A stretch of 63,825 bases of DNA from an uncultured Acetobacteraceae bacterium (GCA_964245755.1 CAXTNV010000004.1:1-63825); one strand, 5' to 3'. Shown: positions 10,267 to 20,550, counted from the stretch's first letter. Notes: a model not told the origin generated them from the letters alone. Made by a program: numbers and translations.

Positions 10267-11198
10267 GCCTCCATCCTCGGATCGAGCGCGGACTGCAGCA
10301 GGTCGGTCACCAGCAGCGTCAGCACCACCAGCGTTGCCAACGTCAGGGTGAGCGCCTCGATCACCGGGTAATCGCGCGCGAAGACGCTGTCGATCATCAG
10401 GGTGCCGACCCCGGGAACGGCGAACACGGTCTCGGTGACGACGGCGCCTCCGAGCAGGGCACCCGCGCTCAGCCCGAACAGCGCCACCGTCGAGCGGGCG
10501 GCGTTGCGCAGGACGTGGCGCCGCAGCACCAGGGACGGCTCCAGGCCCTTGAGACGCGCAAACTCGACGTGCGGCGAATCCAGCACCTCGCAGATCGAGG
10601 CGCGCAGGTTTCGCATCAGCACGGCGGACAGGCTCAACGACAGCGACAGCGCCGGCAGCAGCAGGTGCACGAAGTGCTCGCGCACTCCTTCGCCATAGCC
10701 GCCCACCGGCAGCAGACGCACTCTCGCCGCCAGGAGCGTCAGCATCACGATGCCGATATAGAAGGTCGGCATCGAGAGTCCGACCTGGAACGCGCCTCGT
10801 ATCAACGCGTCGAGCCCGCGATCCCGGTTCAGCGCGGCCAGCAACGCGAGCGGGACAGAGATCGCCACCGCGATGAGCGACGCCATGGCCGTCAGTTGCA
10901 AGGTGACCGGCAGGCGCTGCAGGATCAGTTGCGAGACCGGCACGCCGAGCCGGTTGGACCGGCCCAGGTCGCCGCGCGCGAGATCGCCGACGTAGTGCCC
11001 GAACTGGACTACGAGCGGCTGATCCAGGCCGAGACGCACGTTCTCCTGTGCGACCTCGGCGTCGGTGACCCGGTCGCCGATCTGAGCACTTGCCGGATCC
11101 CCCGGCAGGAGGTGCACGATCAGGAACGTGACGACGATGATCGCCGCCAGGGTGGGGATCGCCTGCAAGACCCGCTGGAGGCTCCTGGCGCCGTTCAC
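10263..11198 (-). CDS. Peptide ABC transporter permease (OppB/DppB-like)
   Basis: GTG start at 11198 overlapping the SBP stop. LLPGDPA, GDLGRS, ARLKGL, RHVLRNA and TETVFAVPGVG. Confidence 0.92.
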   Translation of the reverse strand: MNGARSLQRVLQAIPTLAAIIVVTFLIVHLLPGDPASAQIGDRVTDAEVAQENVRLGLDQPLVVQFGHYVGDLARGDLGRSNRLGVPVSQLILQRLPVTLQLTAMASLIAVAISVPLALLAALNRDRGLDALIRGAFQVGLSMPTFYIGIVMLTLLAARVRLLPVGGYGEGVREHFVHLLLPALSLSLSLSAVLMRNLRASICEVLDSPHVEFARLKGLEPSLVLRRHVLRNAARSTVALFGLSAGALLGGAVVTETVFAVPGVGTLMIDSVFARDYPVIEALTLTLATLVVLTLLVTDLLQSALDPRMEA

Positions 11199-12787
11199 TG
11201 CGCGAGCCACGTGTCGGTGAAGATGTTGTTTCCGAGTGGGAGCTGCCGGAACCCATGCACGCCACGACGAAGCACTACGACGTAAGGGGTCTCGAACAGA
11301 CGCACGATCGGTCCGTTCGCGAACAGCAATTGTATGCGCGCGTAGTCCTCGGCACGGCGGCGCGGATCGAGTTCTATCGCGGATGCAAGGTAGAGCTGCT
11401 CGGCCTGCGCATCGTGCCAGCCGGTGTGCTGGGCTCCGTTGGTCGGCGAGTACACGAAGTAGGAGGTGATCTCCTCCGGGTCGGGGATGTCGTCGGTCCA
11501 CATGCTGATCCGCATCGCAAACGCTCCGGCCCGGTAGCGATCGGTCAGCGTGCCGTAATCGAGTTGCCGCAACTGCACCTCTACACCGATTGCAGACCAC
11601 ATCTCCTGCAGCGCCGTGCCGATCTCGATCTCATGCTCGCTGCCCGCGAGCACCAGCATGACCGCACGAAAGCCCTGCGGATATCCGGCCTCTCGAAGCA
11701 GCGCTCTCGCGTCATCCAGATCGGTGCGAGTCGCATCCGGGACATCGACGTGCAGGGGCGTCGCGTGCGACATGTACGAGGTCAGGTCGGCACCGATGCC
11801 ACGCGTTACGATCTGGGTCAGCCCAGCCCGATAGATCGCTTCGTTCAGCGCACTTCGCACCTGAGGAGATGATAGCGGGTTCCTGGCGCCACCGGCGAGG
11901 GTCGGTCGCGCATTCAGGACGACGTAGTCAGTGCGTGTGGACGGAAGCAGCTGCAGCCGAAGGCGCGGATCGGCCTGCAGTTCCGCGACACGCGAGAATG
12001 GCACCAGTTCGGCGCCGTCCAGCTCACCCGACTGCACCTTGAGGATCCGGGTGGCATCGTCCGGAATGACCTGGAACGTGATGCCGTCCAGATACGGAAG
12101 CGGCTTCCTGTCCGCCCCGAGGGCCCAGTAGAAGGGATTGCGCCGCAGGCGCATCGTCGACCCATGCACCCAGGATTGCAGCATGAAGGGGCCGGAGGTC
12201 ACCGGGTGTTGCTCGAATGCAGCGGCCCGTTCGTAGTCGTTTGCGCCGGGCACAGCGGTGAATTGCCGCTCCGGCAACACGGCGCTGTTGAACACGCTCA
12301 GCGCGGCGAGGATAGCCGGATCCGGATGACGCAGATGCAGCACCACCGTCCCGGCGTCGATGATCTGGACGTCGCTGATTGCGCCGAGCAGGAAGTTCCA
12401 GATCCCGTTATGAGGATCCCGTGCGCGGTCAATCGACCATTTGACGTCGCCTGCGGTGATCGGCGTGCCGTCCGAGAACCGTATCCCCTGGCGCAGCCGG
12501 AACGTGACGGAAAGACCATCCGGTGGCATCCGCCACGCCGCCGCCAGCCCAGGACGCAAACCCTTGCCATCTTCAGACGGCAGCAGCAGCGTGTCATACA
12601 GGCTGGAAAGGATCCAGATATCGGCGTTGCTGTCGTTGAGCACCGGGTCGAGCAGCAGGCTGTCGACGTAGCGGCCATAGACCATGATGCCGCCGCGGAC
12701 CGGCGAGGGGAGCGTCGCATCCGCGTGCGCCTGGGAAAAGGCGACAAGGAGACCGAGCGTTAGCAGCAGAACGCGCTTGAAGCTCAA
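11195..12787 (-). CDS. ABC transporter substrate-binding protein, family 5 (OppA/DppA-like)
   Basis: Likely TTG start at 12787 with GGGAG RBS (ORF extends to 12835). Signal peptide, LYDTLL, FSDGTPITAGDVKWS and GPFML. Confidence 0.92.
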   Translation of the reverse strand: MSFKRVLLLTLGLLVAFSQAHADATLPSPVRGGIMVYGRYVDSLLLDPVLNDSNADIWILSSLYDTLLLPSEDGKGLRPGLAAAWRMPPDGLSVTFRLRQGIRFSDGTPITAGDVKWSIDRARDPHNGIWNFLLGAISDVQIIDAGTVVLHLRHPDPAILAALSVFNSAVLPERQFTAVPGANDYERAAAFEQHPVTSGPFMLQSWVHGSTMRLRRNPFYWALGADRKPLPYLDGITFQVIPDDATRILKVQSGELDGAELVPFSRVAELQADPRLRLQLLPSTRTDYVVLNARPTLAGGARNPLSSPQVRSALNEAIYRAGLTQIVTRGIGADLTSYMSHATPLHVDVPDATRTDLDDARALLREAGYPQGFRAVMLVLAGSEHEIEIGTALQEMWSAIGVEVQLRQLDYGTLTDRYRAGAFAMRISMWTDDIPDPEEITSYFVYSPTNGAQHTGWHDAQAEQLYLASAIELDPRRRAEDYARIQLLFANGPIVRLFETPYVVVLRRGVHGFRQLPLGNNIFTDTWLAQ

Positions 12788-12815
12788 TCTCTCGCTCCCG
12801 CCCAGCAGGCGACAC

Positions 12816-12833
12816 GTTCTAGCAGAGTAGAAC
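12816..12833. promoter_or_regulatory. Candidate GntR operator (GTTCTA-N6-TAGAAC)
   Basis: Perfect inverted repeat between the divergent SBP and GntR genes. Confidence 0.55.
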
Positions 12834-12973
12834 ATTATTGACCGATGTCTCGCGTGGTCAACTCATTTCACGCTTCTGAGAGGCGACGCCTCGACCAGCC
12901 GTGCCCATGAGGCAGGTGATGGCACAGGTCCTGGATGGTCCAGCCGCGCCCGCTGGGATATGACCGTACTGAT

Positions 12974-14068
12974 ATGGCAAGACGCTCACCCACTCTCCTA
13001 ACGGCTGACCTCGCCGCCTTCTCGGTTGATCGTGACCTCCCGGTGCCGCTCAGCACCCAGCTGCGCGGCTTGATCGAGTTCGGCATCGGGCTCGGCACGC
13101 TGCGGTCCGGCGACAGGCTGCCGTCGGTGCGCGAGCTTGCCGATCATCTGGGGGTGGCGCCGATGACCGTGGCTCAGGTCTATGCCGAGCTGAAGGTGGC
13201 CGGCGTGATCATCAGCAGGACGGGCTCGGGCACCTTCGTTGCCGATGTCGGCGTGGCGAGCAGGGCGCGTCCGACGCCGCATAGCATCGCCCTGCACCGT
13301 GCCATCGACGCGGTGATCGTGCAGGGTAGCGCCCTCGGCTTGCGCGCCAGTGATCTTGCCGGCCTGATCGCTGCGCGCATGGAGGAGCCCGAGCGGCCTA
13401 GCAACCGGCGACGCGTCGTGGTGGTCGGGCATTTCGCCCAGACGACGGCATCCTACTGTGCCGAGATGGCGCAGGTGATCGGCGACGACGTGACAATCGA
13501 GCCGACCACCCTTGCGGCAATCCAGGACAACGCCGAGGCGCGGGCACGCGCTGCGAGCGCCGATCTCATTATCACCTTCGCCCATCGTCGTCGCGACGTG
13601 ATGGAGTTGTTGCCGGACACGACAGTGGCCGCTGTCACCTTCATCCCCGCGGCGGCGACGCGTCAGGCGCTGGCCGCGCTCGACCCGCGGTCCCGGGTCG
13701 GCGTGATCTCAATCTTCCCGGAGTTCATGCCGTTGATGAAGGCGGGTGTGCAGCGCTTTGCACCGCACGTCTCGGCAATCGCAGTCGCGCTTCACGATAC
13801 GCCGGAGTGCGCCGGGATGCTGCACCGGGTGGACGTGGTGGTCTTCGCCACGGGAGCAGATGATCTCGGACTGGTGGTCCCGGAGGGTGTCACCGCGTTC
13901 GAGTATCGGCACACCCCTGATGCGGGCGATGTCCACCGCCTGATCCAGCCGCTGCGAGGAGATGATCAACCCGGGATCGCGTCACCGAGAGCAAGGGTCG
14001 ATGCGGAGTGGCCCGATGAGCGGGTTGCCGCTTCGGTGGCAAAAGCTCGCGCAGCTCGTGCCGAATGA
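12974..14068 (+). CDS. GntR-family transcriptional regulator with extended C-terminal domain
   Basis: wHTH GDRLPSVRELADHLGVAPMTVAQVYAEL...GSGTFV. Divergent from the ABC operon. Confidence 0.92.
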   Translation: MARRSPTLLTADLAAFSVDRDLPVPLSTQLRGLIEFGIGLGTLRSGDRLPSVRELADHLGVAPMTVAQVYAELKVAGVIISRTGSGTFVADVGVASRARPTPHSIALHRAIDAVIVQGSALGLRASDLAGLIAARMEEPERPSNRRRVVVVGHFAQTTASYCAEMAQVIGDDVTIEPTTLAAIQDNAEARARAASADLIITFAHRRRDVMELLPDTTVAAVTFIPAAATRQALAALDPRSRVGVISIFPEFMPLMKAGVQRFAPHVSAIAVALHDTPECAGMLHRVDVVVFATGADDLGLVVPEGVTAFEYRHTPDAGDVHRLIQPLRGDDQPGIASPRARVDAEWPDERVAASVAKARAARAE

Positions 14069-14507
14069 AGCGACCTCTGATACGAGCGGTCCAAATGGAA
14101 GCGGCCGACGACGAGCAACGCCGACTTTGCCTGCCTCATCCGCGGGCAGTGCGAGGTCATCCTGCTTTGGTCATTCCGCTTGGCGATTGGAGCGTCAGCC
14201 GGCCGCAGAGCCTCAGGCTTTCACGCCACCGCTGCAGTCGACGAGCCGAGGTCCGCAACTCCGGCGCCGGAACCACTATGGTTGACGCCTCGTGATTGTC
14301 GGCCCCAGGTCGCGGCTGCAGATGCACAGCTGACGCAGGTGACTTCGGCATACCGGGCGTTACACCGCAACCGCCGCCTCGGCTGCTACCTCACGGAGCA
14401 CTGACAACTTCACTGCGCCAGCAAGAAATATAACTGCGAAAATGATTGCAATTAACGATTATGTAATCAAAGCGTCTCAATTTGGAGCAGCTGGCTAAAA
14501 GCTGCGA

Positions 14508-16481
14508 ATGGTGCGGCTTGGCCGTTGCTTCCAGGAGGCCCTCTTGCGTGTCATCAAACCCGCCTTGCTTGGCGCTGCGCTGCTCGCCACAAGCTCCGCT
14601 GCTGCACTTGCTCAATCCAGCACCACGTCAGCTCCGCCCGCTCCTCGACAGCCCGGCTTTTCAGCAAGGCTGAAGGTGCTCGGGACGGCTACGGACTCAC
14701 AGCCGGTCGAGTTCGACGTCGTATTGCCGCTGAGCAACCCGGCGGCGCTTGATACGCTGCTCACCGAGCAGCAGGACCCGACTTCGCCGCAGTTCCACCA
14801 CTGGCTGAAGCCTGCCGAGTTTGCTGCCCGCTTCGGTCCCAGCCAGCAGATCGTTACGGTGGTGGCGGTGGCCTTGCGACAGTTCGGCATGCAAGTGACG
14901 GCGCAGAGCCGGTCGCTCCACGTCACCGGTACTGCGGCGCAGGTCAACAAGGCGTTCAACGTCAGCCTAGCGCTGGCAGCGAGTGCAGGCGGCCAGCAGC
15001 AACTCGTCGCCAACGGGCCGCTGAACTGGCCGGCGGCTCTGTCTTCGGCCGGTGTCTCCATCTCCGCCTTCAACCCGAACGGGTTTCAGGCGCTGCCGTT
15101 GGTGCGCCGCAGTGCGAGCGGCTACATGAACCGCAGTTCCGGCGGGTACGGCCAGGGAGGCAGCGCGTCGGGCTACTTCTACAACGATCTCAAGCAGGCC
15201 TATGGCTATCCTTCCTACCAGACGACGACCACCGTCCAGGGCAAGAGCCTGCGTATCGACGGCAGCGGCGCTACCGTGGCCGTGGTGATGGCGAGCGACA
15301 TCCTCGACTCCGACGTCTCTGCGCTCTTCGACCAGACGAGCTTCAAGGCGACGTCGGGACAGGCTGCCAATCCTAAGCTTTTTGCCCGGCGGCCCGTCAA
15401 CGGCAGCGCCATATTCTCGACCACCAACACGGCTTCGGAGGAAGCGACCATCGATGTCGAGCAGGTTCTTGGTGGAGCGCCCGGAGCACAAGTTGTCCTG
15501 TATGACACGCCTGACCTGACCGACCAGTCACTCATATCTGCCTATACAGCTATCGTGAATGACGATGTCGCCGATGTCGTTTCTCTGTCATTCGGCCAAT
15601 GCGAGCTTTACTATACGTCTGCATACAACAACGGCTCCGACCAAACGTCAGTCCTCAAGATCTTCTCCGAGTTGTTTAAGCAAGGCAACGCCGAGGGCAT
15701 CACCTTTATTGCCGCCTCAGGCGACGCCGCCGGTCTCGGCTGCGTGAATCCGGGATACTTTTCGGGCGCCTCCGGCCAGTTCATCTCGGGTGTCTCCGTT
15801 CCGGCAGCGGATCCGAATGTCACTTCTGTAGGTGGCACCAACCTTGTCACCACTGCGGCGATGGGTGGCTCGCAGTCCACCTATGTCCGGGAGAACGCCT
15901 GGTCCGATCCCGAGGTCGCTTTCGATCCGTTCAACGTGGGCGTGACCGCCTCAGGCGGCCTATGGGGATCCGGAGGTGGCATCTCGACCATATACGCTCG
16001 GCCTTCGTATCAAGCTCTCGTGGGCACCGGCTCGTCGTCATTCCGCACGGTCCCGGACGTCGCCATGGAAATGGGCGGATGTCCAGACCTTGCCGAGGCG
16101 CCCTGCAACGGCGGCGGCGCCAGCCTCGACGGATCGGGCAACGCCGACCGGTCGAGCTTGAACATCGTATTCAACGGGCAACAGGATAGTGTTGTCGGCA
16201 CGAGTGCGGCTGCGCCGGAAATGGCAAGCGCTGTAGCCTTGCTTGTCGAGACCCAGGGTCGGCAGGGAAATCTCAATCCATATCTCTACACGATCGCTCA
16301 TCAGCAAGCGTATGGCGGCGCGACCTACTTCCATCAATCGATCCCGGGCTTCAACGGCAACGTCTCGGGCACCGGCACCTATAACCTGATCACCGGCAAC
16401 GGAACACCTGACGTCTCGACGCTGATCGGACGCACTGCCACTCCCAGGGCTGGCACTCCAGGCTCGGCCTCTAACCCCTGA
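14508..16481 (+). CDS. S53 (sedolisin/kumamolisin) family serine protease with propeptide
   Basis: Signal peptide, pro-domain (QFHHWLKPAEFAARFGP), catalytic EATID, oxyanion SGD, GTSAAAP and C-terminal YNLITGNGTP. Confidence 0.92.
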   Translation: MVRLGRCFQEALLRVIKPALLGAALLATSSAAALAQSSTTSAPPAPRQPGFSARLKVLGTATDSQPVEFDVVLPLSNPAALDTLLTEQQDPTSPQFHHWLKPAEFAARFGPSQQIVTVVAVALRQFGMQVTAQSRSLHVTGTAAQVNKAFNVSLALAASAGGQQQLVANGPLNWPAALSSAGVSISAFNPNGFQALPLVRRSASGYMNRSSGGYGQGGSASGYFYNDLKQAYGYPSYQTTTTVQGKSLRIDGSGATVAVVMASDILDSDVSALFDQTSFKATSGQAANPKLFARRPVNGSAIFSTTNTASEEATIDVEQVLGGAPGAQVVLYDTPDLTDQSLISAYTAIVNDDVADVVSLSFGQCELYYTSAYNNGSDQTSVLKIFSELFKQGNAEGITFIAASGDAAGLGCVNPGYFSGASGQFISGVSVPAADPNVTSVGGTNLVTTAAMGGSQSTYVRENAWSDPEVAFDPFNVGVTASGGLWGSGGGISTIYARPSYQALVGTGSSSFRTVPDVAMEMGGCPDLAEAPCNGGGASLDGSGNADRSSLNIVFNGQQDSVVGTSAAAPEMASAVALLVETQGRQGNLNPYLYTIAHQQAYGGATYFHQSIPGFNGNVSGTGTYNLITGNGTPDVSTLIGRTATPRAGTPGSASNP

Positions 16482-16692
16482 TCGAACATGCCGTCGACCG
16501 ATGATGCGCTCTCTACCCTGTAGATGAAATACGACTTCGCTCTTCGGAGCGAAGTCGCCTTTCGCTTGGCATCGCGTCTGAGCGTCCCTTACCCCTCGTC
16601 GGCGGCATCGGCGCGGGTCCGAGCTTAACCAGGGACATCCAGAGACCAGGAACAGGTTCACCATTTGGTGTCGTTCAGCGATCTTTAATCGA

Positions 16693-19600
16693 ATGGAACG
16701 ACTCTGGGTGACTAATCAGGCGATTGCCATGTCATCAACGATCCTGCGGCTGACCAACGACCCGTCTGCATCTTTTCGACGGCGGTTCCTCCACGCCGTG
16801 TTCTACGTCTGCTTGTTGGCTGCGTGCGGCACGCGGTCTGCGCAGGCTCAATTCACCAGATTCGAGAACTATGCAGACGAGCAGGGGCTCGGCAATGCGT
16901 CTGTTTCCGCGCTGGCTCAGGACGCTGACGGCTACATCTTGCTAGGGACCGAAGCCGGTCTCTACCGCTTCGATGGCTCGAACATCACCCCCTACGACAC
17001 AGCGGTGGGCTTACCTCCATCCGCCTGGATCAGGAAGCTCGCCTCTGACGACCGTGGCCGGGTGTGGGTCCTGACGACCGACGGCATCTTTGTCCGCGAC
17101 GGATCGAGCTTTAGCCGTGTCTTCGTCGGGAGGCCGCTTCATCTAGCCTCGCCGCATCTTGTCGCCTTTTCCGAGGGACACGTGATCGTCGACAGCGGTG
17201 GCACGCTGTTGATTGCCCCTCTTGAGAAGCACGGAGCAGGACAGTTCACGCCTCTGCTGACCCCGGCGACATCCGCCGCGAAACCCGAGCTGGCTCGTTT
17301 TCGCTTCGTGGTTTCGGACGCCGACGGTGCGCTGTTGGCAGGATGTGGCGACGCCATCTGCCGCCTGAAGGACGGCCACGTCAGCCTGCTCGGAAGTGCC
17401 GATGGGCTGCCCGCCGATGCTTGGCAGGTGGCGCTTCGGACGCCGGATGGCACCCTGTGGGCAAGAAGCCTCGACCGGCTGGCGTGGCGGCCTCCTGGCA
17501 AGGCGTCCTTTCGCAGCGTAACGATCCCCGGTCGGCGCGGCCATTTCAACGTTGCTGTTCCTGCTCGCCTCGATCTGCTGGCCGACGGACGCGGCGGGGT
17601 CTTCACGATGGGTGAAGAAGGCCTTCTTGAATACGACGGCAAGACCTGGCGCAGCTTCTTGCATCACGACGGAGGGCTTTCAGCTAATCCGATCCAGTCG
17701 CTCATGTTCGATCGCGAGGGATCCCTGTGGGTAGGCAGCATTGGCCACGGCGCCTACCGCAGTATCGGACTCGGGAACTGGGAACATTGGACCGCTTCCG
17801 ATGGCCTCCCGAGCGAGATCGTATGGGCGATGACCCGTCTCCGAGGCGGCCAGCTCTGGGTAGCGACCTACGGTGACACCGTCCCGCTCGACGGCAAGGC
17901 GCCGGGAGTGCCCGGCGGCAGCGAGAACGTGTCGGCGACACGGGGCGGTCGGTTGTGGCTCGCGCCGCTCCGGGCACCCATGCTCCGCATCGATCCCGCA
18001 AAACGGAGCACCGAGCAATTCTCAATCCCCGGTACCATGTCATCGACATATGTCGACCCCGAGAACCGACTGTGGCTTTCAACGGACAAGGCTCTGCTGA
18101 CAATCGCAGATGCCGACGCCCCCGCAGCTGCGGTGAAGGTAGAGCTCGCGTTGCCGCAACCGACAACGCAGGTGATGACTGACCTGTCTGGCGTGACCTG
18201 GGCCGCCACTGCGACTGGCATAGTGCGTCGGAGCCGCTCCGGGAGCTTTCAGACCGTCGTCTCGTCGGCCACGTTGAAGGGCCAACCCGGAGGGCTTGCG
18301 TTTGCACCCGACGGCAGCCTCTGGACTTTCACAGACCGCGCCGGTGTGCTGCGTTTCCAGCTGAAGGACCATCGGGTTACACCGCTGCCCCCGATCACCG
18401 CGCCTGCGATCGGTTCGAACAACATCATGTTCCTGCATCGTGATCGTCACGATCGGATGTGGGTGGGAAGCGACCACGGCATCGACCTCTTCGATGGCCG
18501 CTCTTGGCGCCGGTTCACCGTCGACGACGGACTTCTCAGCAACGACCTCGATCAGTGGGCCGTATTCGAAGACGTCGATGCCTCGTTGTGGTTCGGGAGC
18601 AGTCGTGGCCTCACGCATCTTATCGATCCAGGCCGGATACCGCCGCCGACCCCGCTGCGCCCGAAGGTCACCGGGATCTCGACCGGCGATCGCTCTCTGT
18701 CTCCTTCTGCTCTGGTGCGCATCGCTTGGAGTTCTGGACCCCTGGTCATCCATTTCGTTGACCTCGATCCTGCTCGAGCAAAAAACGTTGTGTTCCGATA
18801 TCGCATGCGCGGGCTCGACACCGGCTGGAGCGACACAACCGGGCATGAGGTCCGTTACGCTGACCTACCTGCGGGCAAGTTCCAGTTCGAGTTGATTGCT
18901 GTTGACCCGATACATGCAACGATGTCGACCCCGATCGGGTTCGCGCTTTGCAAACCGGCTCCTTGGTGGCAGCGTTGGTGGTTCTACAGTTCATCCACAA
19001 TTGTCCTGATCGCTACAGTCATCGCGACTTGGCGGATGCGCGTGCGTCTACTGCTGCGCCAGCGAACGCGACTAGAGACGCTGGTCTCGGAGCGCACGGC
19101 GGAGATCGAGCAGGCTCGAAGCGAACTCGAGCGACTGGCGATGTCCGATGTCCTTACCGGCTTGCCGAACCGACGAGCGCTGATGGCCCTTCTTGAAGAG
19201 AAGGTCGCTATGGCTCTGTCGTCGCAAGCGCCGTTGGCCGTGCTTCTTTGTGACATAGATCATTTCAAGAAGATCAACGATAGCTTTGGCCACCTTGCCG
19301 GTGACGCAGTCTTGAGCGAGTTCGGCAAGCGTCTGGACGTCGCGATCGAGTCGCCTGAGGCTGCCGGCCGCTACGGCGGCGAAGAGTTCTGCGTTGTACT
19401 TTCGGCGCCGCGGAAGAAGGTCTTGGAGCGTGTCGCCGTCATCCGGTCGGTCATCGCCGATGCACCCTATCATGTCGGCGGGACCAGCCGAGCCGTCACT
19501 TCCAGCGGCGGCCTTGCCTTCCTCCGTCCGAGTGAGAACGCCCTGTCGCTGCTAGCACGTGCGGACGCCGCGCTCTACCGGGCCAAGGAAAAAGGTCGCA

Positions 19601-20550
19601 ACCGTATCGAGCACGAACTCCTGGAGAACGTGGCACATGCACCGGGTGGCATACACGCCGAGGCGTTGGGCAAGTCGCAGTCTGAGAGCGCTGACGCTGG
19701 ACCAGGTGACGATGACGCGAGCAGGACGGCATGTAGGGCTCCACCGCAAAGACGAGGTGATCTTGAGCACGATCTCCGCCAGGCACTCGCCAACGGCGAG
19801 TTCTTGCTGAACTATCAGCCGGTATTGCATCTGGACAAGGACATGGTCACTTCGTGCGAAGCGCTGATCCGATGGCATTCGCCGACACGGGGCAGCGTCT
19901 CGCCGGCAGACTTCATCCCCTTTGCCGAGGAGGTAGGCTTGATGCCGGAGATCGGCGATTGGGTGCTCCGTGCCGCCTGCCGGGAAGCGTCTGCGTGGCC
20001 GGATGCCATGAAGGTTGCGGTCAACCTCTCGGCCGTACAGTTCCGCCTGCCCGATCTCGTGATGCGGATCGAGGCAGCTCTAAAAGCGACCGGGTTCCCC
20101 CCAAACCGCCTCGAGCTCGAAGTGACCGAAACCGCGATGATCGGCGAGATGGAAGCCGCCATCCGCGTGCTGCGGCAGCTCAGGGCACTCGGCATAACGG
20201 TCGCGCTGGATGATTTCGGAACAGGCTACTCGTCGTTGAGCTTCTTGCGCACGTTGCCGTTTGATCGCATCAAAATCGACCGTTCCTTCGTGCAGGATCT
20301 TGGGAAGAAACCGGAAGCGACCGTCATCGTGCGCGCGATCGCCGGAATGTGCACGAGCCTGGGAGCCTCGGTTACCGCGGAAGGTGTGGAAACGGAGGAG
20401 CAGATGGAGGCACTACGCGCCGTCGGCTGTTCCGAGGTTCAAGGCTATCGGATCGGTCGCCCCTGCGTAGCAGCGGATCTGGAAGAGTGGCTCGCAGCCT
20501 TCAAGGCCAGCCACAGCAGAGAGGTCAGCTATCACACAACGGCCTATTGA
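16693..20550 (+). CDS. Membrane-anchored GGDEF-EAL protein with two-component-regulator beta-propeller and Y_Y_Y sensor
   Basis: Repeated DREGSLWVG/GLxSN propeller motifs, YRMRGLDTGW Y_Y_Y domain, PWWQRWWF + TM helix, GGEEF, CEAL and DDFGTGYSSL. The start may be 16729. Confidence 0.93.
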   Translation: MERLWVTNQAIAMSSTILRLTNDPSASFRRRFLHAVFYVCLLAACGTRSAQAQFTRFENYADEQGLGNASVSALAQDADGYILLGTEAGLYRFDGSNITPYDTAVGLPPSAWIRKLASDDRGRVWVLTTDGIFVRDGSSFSRVFVGRPLHLASPHLVAFSEGHVIVDSGGTLLIAPLEKHGAGQFTPLLTPATSAAKPELARFRFVVSDADGALLAGCGDAICRLKDGHVSLLGSADGLPADAWQVALRTPDGTLWARSLDRLAWRPPGKASFRSVTIPGRRGHFNVAVPARLDLLADGRGGVFTMGEEGLLEYDGKTWRSFLHHDGGLSANPIQSLMFDREGSLWVGSIGHGAYRSIGLGNWEHWTASDGLPSEIVWAMTRLRGGQLWVATYGDTVPLDGKAPGVPGGSENVSATRGGRLWLAPLRAPMLRIDPAKRSTEQFSIPGTMSSTYVDPENRLWLSTDKALLTIADADAPAAAVKVELALPQPTTQVMTDLSGVTWAATATGIVRRSRSGSFQTVVSSATLKGQPGGLAFAPDGSLWTFTDRAGVLRFQLKDHRVTPLPPITAPAIGSNNIMFLHRDRHDRMWVGSDHGIDLFDGRSWRRFTVDDGLLSNDLDQWAVFEDVDASLWFGSSRGLTHLIDPGRIPPPTPLRPKVTGISTGDRSLSPSALVRIAWSSGPLVIHFVDLDPARAKNVVFRYRMRGLDTGWSDTTGHEVRYADLPAGKFQFELIAVDPIHATMSTPIGFALCKPAPWWQRWWFYSSSTIVLIATVIATWRMRVRLLLRQRTRLETLVSERTAEIEQARSELERLAMSDVLTGLPNRRALMALLEEKVAMALSSQAPLAVLLCDIDHFKKINDSFGHLAGDAVLSEFGKRLDVAIESPEAAGRYGGEEFCVVLSAPRKKVLERVAVIRSVIADAPYHVGGTSRAVTSSGGLAFLRPSENALSLLARADAALYRAKEKGRNRIEHELLENVAHAPGGIHAEALGKSQSESADAGPGDDDASRTACRAPPQRRGDLEHDLRQALANGEFLLNYQPVLHLDKDMVTSCEALIRWHSPTRGSVSPADFIPFAEEVGLMPEIGDWVLRAACREASAWPDAMKVAVNLSAVQFRLPDLVMRIEAALKATGFPPNRLELEVTETAMIGEMEAAIRVLRQLRALGITVALDDFGTGYSSLSFLRTLPFDRIKIDRSFVQDLGKKPEATVIVRAIAGMCTSLGASVTAEGVETEEQMEALRAVGCSEVQGYRIGRPCVAADLEEWLAAFKASHSREVSYHTTAY

